Source: Alphaproteobacteria bacterium (GTDB lineage Bacteria; Pseudomonadota; Alphaproteobacteria; SMXQ01). From it: a DNA stretch of 64,000 nt. Positions 52,343 to 60,058 of this stretch are shown piece by piece (the first letter of the stretch is position 1; every line of letters starts with the position of its first letter). The stretch covers positions 20 to 64,019 of the forward strand of contig JAURLI010000072.1 of the NCBI GenBank assembly GCA_030831315.1, in the 5' to 3' direction. Both the position numbers and the translations under genes were made by a program. A model generated the notes under the pieces. The model saw nothing but the letters and a program-made list of their open reading frames with translations, made no database searches and was not told the origin of the DNA.

Positions 52343-53074
52343 ATGACGACCACGCTGGCAGATGCGGCCCTGATGGCGGAACTTAAAGACGCGATTTCGA
52401 CGATGGCGAATGCCCAGTTCGATTCCCCGAACTACCGCCGGTTGCTTGCCCTGCCTCTCACCAAGGCCCGCGCCCAGGCCTATGTCATCCAACGCACCCA
52501 CTGGACCATCAACCGGCGCGACTGCTGGGCGCTGGCGCAGGGTATCGCGCCGCTCGACGTCAAGAAGGTCATCTGGGACCACGAACGCGAGGAACTGGCC
52601 GGCAAACCCGAGGACGGGACTCCCGATCACTACACCCTTTCGATCCGCGAGGCGGCGGCCCTCGATCTCACGCCCGACGATCTCGTCAACACGCCGCCCT
52701 TCGACGGCGCCGTGACCTGCATGGCGGCGTGGCTGCACCTGGTCAAGCACAGCCACTGGCTTTCCGCGGTCGCCGCCTGCTCGGCACTGGAACTGTCGAA
52801 TTCCGAAGCGGTTCTGAAGAACGGCTCGATGTCGCGGCGCATGGGCGAGAAGATGCAGCGCGAACTCGGCATCCCGATGAAGAAACAGCCCATGAACGAT
52901 GTCCACATGGTCGCCGACGCCGAGCACGGCAACCTGATGACCGATGTCGCCGCGCGCCACCTGCATACCCGCGCCGATTATGAGTTGATCGTCGAAGGCC
53001 TGCGCCAGAGCTGGACCATCGACAGGGTATGGAAAGGCCAGTTGGCCGACCTGCTGGAAAGCATTCCCGCCTGA
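52343..53074 (+). CDS. TenA/PqqC/CADD-like heme-oxygenase-fold protein (putative di-iron enzyme)
   Basis: ORF track 52184..53074 trimmed to the ATG at 52343 (AAGGA upstream), MTTTLADAALMAELKD.... Motifs IWDHEREELAG...DHYTL, ALELSNSE and DVHMVADAEHGN. Confidence 0.75.
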   Translation: MTTTLADAALMAELKDAISTMANAQFDSPNYRRLLALPLTKARAQAYVIQRTHWTINRRDCWALAQGIAPLDVKKVIWDHEREELAGKPEDGTPDHYTLSIREAAALDLTPDDLVNTPPFDGAVTCMAAWLHLVKHSHWLSAVAACSALELSNSEAVLKNGSMSRRMGEKMQRELGIPMKKQPMNDVHMVADAEHGNLMTDVAARHLHTRADYELIVEGLRQSWTIDRVWKGQLADLLESIPA

Positions 53075-53131
53075 TCCACCTGCCTTTCCGGCCCGTACAA
53101 AGTGCGGCTTCAGTAACCTACGGACCGAATA

Positions 53132-54568
53132 TTGACCGCACCCGTCATCTGCCTGTTCAGCCAGGACCTGCGCCTTGACGATCACCCGGCGCTTTGCGCC
53201 GCCGTGGCGAGCGGTCATCCCGTCATCCCTCTTTACGTCCTCGATGAAAGCACCGACTGGGCGCCGGGTGGTGCCGGCCGCTGGTGGCTGCACCACAGCC
53301 TAGTCGCCCTCGCCAGCACCCTTGCCGCAAAGGGCAGCCGCCTGATCCTGCGCCAGGGTGACCATGCCGCCACAATTGCGGCCTTTGCCCGCGAGGTTGG
53401 CGCATCGGCCATATATTTCTCGCGCCGGTACGAACCGCGCGCAGCGCTGGCACAGGAACAGCTGAAAAACGCCCTCATCGCCGACGGCATAACCTGTCAT
53501 CGCTTCGGCGGAACGCTTCTGTTCGAACCCGAATCGGTGTTCACAGGCGCAGGCGGCCCGTTCAAGGTTTTCACGCCTTTCTATCGCGCCTGCCTTGCCG
53601 GGCCGCCACCGCCAGCACCCATTCCGGCCCCGGACCGCATTCCCGCTCCGGGTACATGGCCCGCGAGCGACGCGGTTGAGGGCTGGCGCCTAAAGCCATC
53701 GAAACCCGACTGGTCGGGCGGCCTCAGGTCCGCCTGGCGGCCCGGGGAAAAAGCAGCCGGAGAACGCCTCGCCGATTTTCTGGCAGGCGGCGCAGCGGAA
53801 TATCCCCAGCAGCGCGACCGACCGGACCGCGACGGCACCTCCCGCCTTTCGCCGCATCTGCATTTCGGGGAAATCAGCCCGCGCCGCATCTGGCAGATGG
53901 CGAATTTCGCAGCCGACGCCGGAGGCCGCGCCGGGATCGACGGATTCCTGCGCCAGCTCGCATGGCGCGAATTCTGCCACCACCTGCTGCATCATTTCCC
54001 GCAGATCGACCGCGCGCCCTTTCGCCCGGAATTCGCGTCATTCCCCTGGCGCGACGATCCGCAGGCTCTCGCCCTTTGGCAGAAAGGCCGCACCGGTTAC
54101 CCGATCGTCGATGCCGGGATGCGCCAGCTCTGGCAGACGGGCTGGATGCACAACCGGGTGCGCATGATCGCCGCATCCTTTCTGGTCAAGGATATGCTGA
54201 TCCCCTGGCAGCGCGGGGCGGAATGGTTCTGGGATACGCTGGTCGACGCCGATCTCGCCAACAACGCGGCGGGCTGGCAATGGGTGGCGGGTTCCGGCGC
54301 CGACGCCGCCCCCTATTTCCGCATCTTCAATCCCGTATTGCAGGGCGGCCGCTTCGATCCCGACGGTGCCTATATCCGGCAGTGGCTGCCCGAACTGGCT
54401 GCCCTGCCCGCCGACACCATCCACGCGCCGTGGCAGGCCGACGATGCGACGCTCGCGGCGGCAAAGGTACGGCTGGGCGAAACCTATCCCCACCCGATGG
54501 TCGATCACGGCAAGGCCCGCGACCGCGCCCTTGCCGCCCTCAAGACGATCAAGAAGGGTGAGGGCTGA
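53132..54568 (+). CDS. phrB: Deoxyribodipyrimidine photolyase (class I CPD photolyase/cryptochrome family)
   Basis: 478 aa, TTG start. Motifs LSPHLHFGEISPR, LAWREF, TGYPIVDAGMRQLWQTGWMHNRVRM and DADLANNAAGWQWVAGSGADAAPYFRIFNP. Confidence 0.9.
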   Translation: MTAPVICLFSQDLRLDDHPALCAAVASGHPVIPLYVLDESTDWAPGGAGRWWLHHSLVALASTLAAKGSRLILRQGDHAATIAAFAREVGASAIYFSRRYEPRAALAQEQLKNALIADGITCHRFGGTLLFEPESVFTGAGGPFKVFTPFYRACLAGPPPPAPIPAPDRIPAPGTWPASDAVEGWRLKPSKPDWSGGLRSAWRPGEKAAGERLADFLAGGAAEYPQQRDRPDRDGTSRLSPHLHFGEISPRRIWQMANFAADAGGRAGIDGFLRQLAWREFCHHLLHHFPQIDRAPFRPEFASFPWRDDPQALALWQKGRTGYPIVDAGMRQLWQTGWMHNRVRMIAASFLVKDMLIPWQRGAEWFWDTLVDADLANNAAGWQWVAGSGADAAPYFRIFNPVLQGGRFDPDGAYIRQWLPELAALPADTIHAPWQADDATLAAAKVRLGETYPHPMVDHGKARDRALAALKTIKKGEG

Positions 54569-54570
54569 GA

Positions 54571-55713
54571 TCAGCCTGCGTCGTGGTGGGCGCGCGCCTC
54601 GGGGCTACCCGCCACGGGGCGCGGCAGGCCGATGCATTTCTCCGCCGGCAGGCTGACGGCAACGTTCGAGCCGATACCGAAATCCCATTCGGGCCGCGCG
54701 CGCACGCGGAACGTATCGTCGCCCACACTGATTTCGTAGTCGATCAGATCGCCCAGGAAGATGCGATTGACGATGCGGCCCGAGAAGGTGTTTTCGCCGG
54801 CGCCACTGGCGCTGACGATGATGTCTTCGGGACGCACGATCACTTCGACCGCCGCGCCGGCGGACACAGGCGTCGCGAAGGTACAGGCGACGGCGCCGTG
54901 GCGGGTGGTGACCCGCCCCCGCCCATCCGCGCCCGGGGCGCCATCCAGCGTGCCTTCCAGCATGTTGGTGGAGCCGATGAAGTCGGCCACGAATTCGCAA
55001 TTCGGCCGGTGATAGATGTCGTGGGGGGTGCCGCGCTGGATGACCTTGCCCGCATTCAGAACCGCGATTTCGTCGGACAGCGCCAGCGCTTCCGCCTGGT
55101 CATGGGTCACGTAAAGCGTGGTTACCCCCAGTTCCAGTTGCAGGCGCTTGAGTTCGAAGCGCATCTGTTCGCGCAGCTTGGCATCGAGGTTGCTGAGCGG
55201 CTCGTCCAGCAGAAGCAGGCTCGGCTCGCGCACAAGTCCGCGCGCAAGCGCCAAACGCTGCTGCTGGCCGCCGGAAAGCTGGGTCGCGGCACGGTCGCCG
55301 AACCCGCTGAGGCGGACCATGTCGAGCGCGCGGTTGACGCGGCGCTCGACGTCCTCGCGCGAATACTTCTTGTCCTTGGCCACGCGCAACGGGAAGGCCA
55401 CGTTCTCGAACACCGTCATGTGCGGCCAGATCGCGTAGGACTGGAACACCATGCCGATGCCGCGCTGGTTCGCAGGCCTCAGAACACGGTTGGCGCTGTC
55501 GTAGACCGTATTGCCGCCGATGGCGATGCCCCCGGAATCGGGCCGCTCCAGACCGGCAACGCAGCGCAGCGTCGTCGTCTTGCCGCAACCGGATGGCCCA
55601 AGCAGTGTCAGAAGCTTGCCCTGCTCGACATCGAGCGAGACACCGTCGATCGCGTGCACGCGTGTGCCGTCGCGCGCGATGAAGGTCTTCATCAGGGACT
55701 GGATCGAGAGCAT
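54571..55713 (-). CDS. ABC transporter ATP-binding protein (FbpC/PotA-like)
   Basis: Walker A GPSGCGKTT, signature LSGGQQQR, Walker B LLLLDEP, and a C-terminal TOBE-like regulatory domain. Confidence 0.9.
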   Translation of the reverse strand: MLSIQSLMKTFIARDGTRVHAIDGVSLDVEQGKLLTLLGPSGCGKTTTLRCVAGLERPDSGGIAIGGNTVYDSANRVLRPANQRGIGMVFQSYAIWPHMTVFENVAFPLRVAKDKKYSREDVERRVNRALDMVRLSGFGDRAATQLSGGQQQRLALARGLVREPSLLLLDEPLSNLDAKLREQMRFELKRLQLELGVTTLYVTHDQAEALALSDEIAVLNAGKVIQRGTPHDIYHRPNCEFVADFIGSTNMLEGTLDGAPGADGRGRVTTRHGAVACTFATPVSAGAAVEVIVRPEDIIVSASGAGENTFSGRIVNRIFLGDLIDYEISVGDDTFRVRARPEWDFGIGSNVAVSLPAEKCIGLPRPVAGSPEARAHHDAG

Positions 55714-55737
55714 GACTGGTTCTTCCTTGTTTTTTCT

Positions 55738-57474
55738 CTAGTGGTCCACACGCACGGCGCGTTCGATCCGCCGCAAGATGAACACGATGACGATGAGCGG
55801 CATGATCTGGATGACACCGAGCGCGCAAACGGCCCCGAAACTGCCGCCCTCTTCCCACATGGTCAGGCTGATGGTTCCGAGCACCTGGGTGCCGGGACCA
55901 GCCAGGAAGATCGAGGCCGCAAGTTCTCGAACCGCCAGCACGAAGACGTAAAGCCAAGAAGCCACCAGTACCGGCGCCAGCAGGGGCAGCAGGACCCTGC
56001 GGAAGGTCTGGCCGATGGTTGCGCCTGAAACTTCGGCGACCTCTTCGAGTTCCCGGTGGATCTGCACGAGGCCGCCCGAGGCGAAGCGCATGCCGTAAGG
56101 CAGGTACATCGTCACATAGGCGATCAGCAGGATCCAGATCGTGTTGTAGACCGGCAGCGGGATCACGAGATAGGCGAACAGGATGGATGCGCCGATGATC
56201 ACGCTCGGGATGGCAATGGGCGTGAAGGCGATGGCGTCCAGTATCCAGCCCTGATGCTTCATCATGCGCTGGGCCACCCATGCCATCATGAAGGCAAGGA
56301 TGGTGACGCCCGTCGCCGCCATGACGCCGAGCATGCCGGAGTTCTTCAGGGCCGTGAGAAACACCGGGTACTCGATCAGGAATCGATAGTTATCAAGCCC
56401 GGCCTTGTCGAGAACGGCGAGAGAAGGCGCCGCGATCGTCGGGAAAAACGACTGCCAAAGAAGCGTCGCCAGCGGCAGTCCCAGATTGATCAAGAAACTG
56501 AAGGCCACCAGCATGGCAAGTGGCCAGCGCCAGGCGCCAAGACGGATCGGCGTCGGCTGATAGCCCTTGCCGGTGACGGTCGCGTAGGCCTCCGCGTTCG
56601 CCGTGGCCTTTCGGTAGAGATAGACGCCAAGGATACACAGGGCCAGAAGACCCAGGCCGAGCGCCGCGGCGACGCCGAACTTTGGCGGTGCTTCGCTGGT
56701 GGCGAACTGGATTTCCGTGGTCAGGACGTGAATGCGGGCCGGCATGCCGAGAAGACGCGGCACCTCGAAGGATTCGATGCCGCGCACGAACAGAAGCAGC
56801 AGCGTGGACAGGATCGCCGGGCGCAGCAGCGGCATCGTCACCCGGGAGGCCACCTGCCAGTTGCCCGCGCCGGACACGACAGCCGCTTCTTCCATGCGGA
56901 TGTCGAGCACGCGGAAGGCCGGCCCCATCAGCAGGTAGGCGAGCGGGAAGTAATGCGACGACAGCGCCCAGATCATGCCGCCCATTGAATAGATGTTGAA
57001 CGGCGCCTCGCTCAGCCCGAACCACGACTTCAACAGCCCGTTGCCCCAGCCGATGTTGGGCGACAGGATCAGCGCCCAGGCCATGGTCGTGAGCAGGCCG
57101 GGAATGGCGAAGGACATCAGGGCGAGCAGATGGAAGGTATCGCGCCACGGCGCATCCGTGCGCTCGACCACCCAGGCGATGCCGCCCCCCATGAGCAGCG
57201 TCAGCACTGCGGTGCCCGAAGCGAAGATCACCGAATTGGCAAAAAGCCCGGCGATACCGCGTGTCGTATAGGCATCGACGAAATTCTTGAGCGTGGCTGC
57301 GCCTGGGCCAAGCGGCGTGTCCTCGGTCAGCGCCACATAGAACAACGAGCCGAGCGGCACGAACACCAGCCACACGCCGAGTGCGACACCGAGCGCAAGG
57401 AGCACGTAGCCGGGCGAAAGCCAGCGTGCCCATCGGCCCCCAAAAGTTGAGCCCGTTTCCGTAGTGGCTGTCAT
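55738..57474 (-). CDS. ABC transporter permease, duplicated-domain FbpB/AfuB-like
   Basis: 578 aa with two tandem permease modules, each with an EAA-type loop (MEEAAVVSGAG / LEEVAEVSGAT). Confidence 0.9.
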   Translation of the reverse strand: MTATTETGSTFGGRWARWLSPGYVLLALGVALGVWLVFVPLGSLFYVALTEDTPLGPGAATLKNFVDAYTTRGIAGLFANSVIFASGTAVLTLLMGGGIAWVVERTDAPWRDTFHLLALMSFAIPGLLTTMAWALILSPNIGWGNGLLKSWFGLSEAPFNIYSMGGMIWALSSHYFPLAYLLMGPAFRVLDIRMEEAAVVSGAGNWQVASRVTMPLLRPAILSTLLLLFVRGIESFEVPRLLGMPARIHVLTTEIQFATSEAPPKFGVAAALGLGLLALCILGVYLYRKATANAEAYATVTGKGYQPTPIRLGAWRWPLAMLVAFSFLINLGLPLATLLWQSFFPTIAAPSLAVLDKAGLDNYRFLIEYPVFLTALKNSGMLGVMAATGVTILAFMMAWVAQRMMKHQGWILDAIAFTPIAIPSVIIGASILFAYLVIPLPVYNTIWILLIAYVTMYLPYGMRFASGGLVQIHRELEEVAEVSGATIGQTFRRVLLPLLAPVLVASWLYVFVLAVRELAASIFLAGPGTQVLGTISLTMWEEGGSFGAVCALGVIQIMPLIVIVFILRRIERAVRVDH

Positions 57475-57583
57475 GTTGTTGGCACCCCGACCTCACGTGA
57501 ACAGACGCGGGCGGCGCAACCGGCGCCCCCGCATCGAAGAAACCCGCGCAGGGCGAAGCCTGCGCGGGGAACAGACCTGCGAA

Positions 57584-58621
57584 CTAACGGCGGGCGAAGA
57601 GTTCCTTGAACAGCTTGCCCCACTTGTCTTCTTCCGCGCCGGCGATGACGGCCGGAATGACGACCTTGTTGCCGATGCCGTCGAGGACGCCCTTGGGGTT
57701 CGTGTCGACGCCCGGACGGGTCGGGATACGCCCGCCCTTGGTCAGGACCTTCTGACCGTCGGCGCTCGCCAGGAAGTTGGCGACCAGCTTCGCCGCGTTC
57801 GGATGCGGCGCGCCTGAGTTGACGCCGACCTGACCGTAGAACACCGTGACGGGTTCCAAATACCAGAAGTCGGTGGCGCCACCGCGCATCTTCACGTTAA
57901 CGGTGAGGTTGACGTAGTTGTTCAGCGCGACCGCGTATTCGCCGGCGCCGACCTGACGGGCCATCGCAAGGTGACCCTTGGTAACCGCGGGCTTCAGATT
58001 CTTGACCAGCGCGCCGACGATTTCCTTGCACTTGGCTTCGCCGTAGTGCTTGCACATGGCATAGAGCCATTCTTCGTCGGTGCCATCGATCGCAACCTTT
58101 CCGGCCCACTCGGTCTTCTTCGCGAATTCTTCATAGGTCTTGGGCAGCTCCGACTTCTTCACCAGGTTGGTGTTGAAGGCGGGCGAATTGTAATTGGCGT
58201 AAATGCCGACCCAGCGCATCCCCGGATCCTTGGCGCCGGCGGGAATGGCTTTGGCCTCGGGCGGATCGATCACGGTCAGCCATTCCTTGGGCAGCCGGTG
58301 CAGCGCGGTAGTCTGCAGGATGTCCCAGCTGTCCTTGCGGGCACGTTTTTCGACGGTGATGCGCGCCAGAAGGCCGGTGTCGGACGAACGCACGTATTCG
58401 ACCTTGATGCCGGTGGCTTTTTCGAAGGCACCGTAAACGGTGGCACCTTCCTTTTCGTTCATCGAGGCATAAACGACGACCTTGCCTTCCTTCTTGGCCT
58501 TGGCGACGAGGTCCTTGTCGGCCATCCACGACGGATCGGCGGCAAGGGCGCTACCGGCGGCAAAAACCGCGGCGGTACCAATGGCGGCGAGGCGCGCCGC
58601 GCGCATGGTCAAAGTGGTCAT
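57584..58621 (-). CDS. ABC transporter periplasmic binding protein (Fe(III)/AfuA-like family)
   Basis: ORF track 57584..58813 trimmed to the ATG at 58621 (AGGGAG upstream). Signal peptide MTTLTMRAARLAAIGTAAVFAAGSALA, then KEGKVVVYASMNEKEGATVYGAFEKATGIKVEYVR. Confidence 0.85.
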   Translation of the reverse strand: MTTLTMRAARLAAIGTAAVFAAGSALAADPSWMADKDLVAKAKKEGKVVVYASMNEKEGATVYGAFEKATGIKVEYVRSSDTGLLARITVEKRARKDSWDILQTTALHRLPKEWLTVIDPPEAKAIPAGAKDPGMRWVGIYANYNSPAFNTNLVKKSELPKTYEEFAKKTEWAGKVAIDGTDEEWLYAMCKHYGEAKCKEIVGALVKNLKPAVTKGHLAMARQVGAGEYAVALNNYVNLTVNVKMRGGATDFWYLEPVTVFYGQVGVNSGAPHPNAAKLVANFLASADGQKVLTKGGRIPTRPGVDTNPKGVLDGIGNKVVIPAVIAGAEEDKWGKLFKELFARR

Positions 58622-58685
58622 ATTGTTAAGTCTCCCTGTTTGGCCGGCCCCGGAACGGGAACCGGAAGTAAATGACTGGAATCGA

Positions 58686-59738
58686 TTACTGGGCGGCCCG
58701 GCGCAGCCGGTCCAGAAGGTCCTTCGGACGCGAATAGACCGCGTCGAGAAGCTTGTTGATGCGCTCGCCACGCACCGGGTTGATCTCGAGCTTCTGCTTG
58801 TCGGCGTCGGCAAGATAGGCCTTGTCCTTCATGGTCGCATCGAAAGCGTCGCGCAGCACCTTCACGCGGTCTGCAGGGACCCCCGGGGGCGTCAGGAAAG
58901 GCCGCCCCATGACCTGTTCGGCAAAGGCGAGTTCGAACAGCTGCTTGTCTTCGGCTTTCATGGGCAGGTCCACCACCAGCGGCGCATTGGGATAGGCCGG
59001 ATCCTTTTCGAGGCCCATCTGCAGCAGCACCACAACCCTGCCCTCTTTCACCCAGGGCGCGAAGCGGTTGCGGAAATTGGGCGACGAGCCGCCCGAGGTA
59101 TGGGCGTCGACCTCGCCGTTTTCGAGCGCGAGAAGAGCTTCCTGTGACCCCTTGTAGCCTTCGATGACGCGGAATTTCGTCCCGAACACCTCGTTCATCA
59201 GGCGCGGATAGACCGAGGTCGCGGCGCCGCGCCCGGTGGACGACGTCGTCAACTCGCGCCCCTTGAGGTCTTCGAAGGTCTTCACGCCGGTCTTCCCCGC
59301 CACCAGCATCAGACCCAGTTCCTGCTGCGGCGATCCGATCCAGTGAAACTTGCGGCCATCGAACTTGAGCGCCGTCGGCTTCTTTTTCTTCTTTTTGCCC
59401 TGGGGCGCGCCGAGCAGCGGCATGAAGGCGACGTTGCGCTGCAACTGGCCGATCACCGAACCGTCCTGCGCGGCAACGTTGTAAAGATGGTTGGCCGCGA
59501 TTACCCCCGCCGCCCCCACCATGTTGCGCACCAGAAGCTTCGGCTTGCCGGGAATATGATTGGCGATGTGGCGAGCCAGGTGGCGGGCATAGAGGTCATA
59601 GCCGCCGCCGACCGAACCGGAAGCGACCAGCGACATCTGCTTGTCTTTGAAAAATTCGGCCGCGCCGACGGGCGCCCCCAACAGGACGGCCGGCACGAAG
59701 GCGGCAACGGATAGGCGCAAAAGGCGCGAAGACGGCAT
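58686..59738 (-). CDS. TctC/Bug-family binding protein with internal K6 insertion and no lysine tail
   Basis: ORF track 58686..59957 trimmed to the ATG at 59738 (GGGAGGA upstream). Signal peptide MPSSRLLRLSVAAFVPAVLLGAPVGA. Subfamily motif FFKDKQMSLVASGSVGGGYDLYARHLARHIANHIPGKP. Insertion APQGKKKKKKPT encoded at 59379-59396. Confidence 0.85.
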   Translation of the reverse strand: MPSSRLLRLSVAAFVPAVLLGAPVGAAEFFKDKQMSLVASGSVGGGYDLYARHLARHIANHIPGKPKLLVRNMVGAAGVIAANHLYNVAAQDGSVIGQLQRNVAFMPLLGAPQGKKKKKKPTALKFDGRKFHWIGSPQQELGLMLVAGKTGVKTFEDLKGRELTTSSTGRGAATSVYPRLMNEVFGTKFRVIEGYKGSQEALLALENGEVDAHTSGGSSPNFRNRFAPWVKEGRVVVLLQMGLEKDPAYPNAPLVVDLPMKAEDKQLFELAFAEQVMGRPFLTPPGVPADRVKVLRDAFDATMKDKAYLADADKQKLEINPVRGERINKLLDAVYSRPKDLLDRLRRAAQ

Positions 59739-60058
59739 GGTTATTCCTCCCCGTTCGGACTGTCCTACCGTGGAACAAGTCCCTGATGCGGCCCCTTTTT
59801 TGCCCCTGTGAAATGGACGAGGGGGCCGGTCGTATTTTTCTTTGAAATGTAAGCATTGTTCGGCCCCCCTCTCAACCGCTTTTGCGAGCCTGCGGGCGAC
59901 AAAAACCGCCTTGCCGGGCCCGTCTTCCCGGGGCGGATTTCCGCCGAATTTCCTCAATGGAAAGAGGGGTTAAAGACTGTAGATTTTAACGTCCTGATAT
60001 ACGAAACTGCCCCCCTGATTAGGCCCCGGGGCGTCGTAAAAGAGCTGACCAAACCAAA

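Noticed and set aside
19371-53131. Treating the island as a mobile genomic island or integrative element.
   Set aside because: I saw no integrase, transposase, conjugation or phage gene, no tRNA gene at the borders, and no flanking direct repeats. Base composition looks uniform by eye. Accessory status is inferred only from paralog content.
59739-60058. 320-nt spacer upstream of the GltD-like gene, inspected for a riboswitch, sRNA or FNR/FixK box.
   Set aside because: I found only a weak TTAAA-N10-TTTAA repeat and no TTGAT-N4-ATCAA box. There is no convincing conserved-looking secondary structure, so evidence is insufficient without covariance models.
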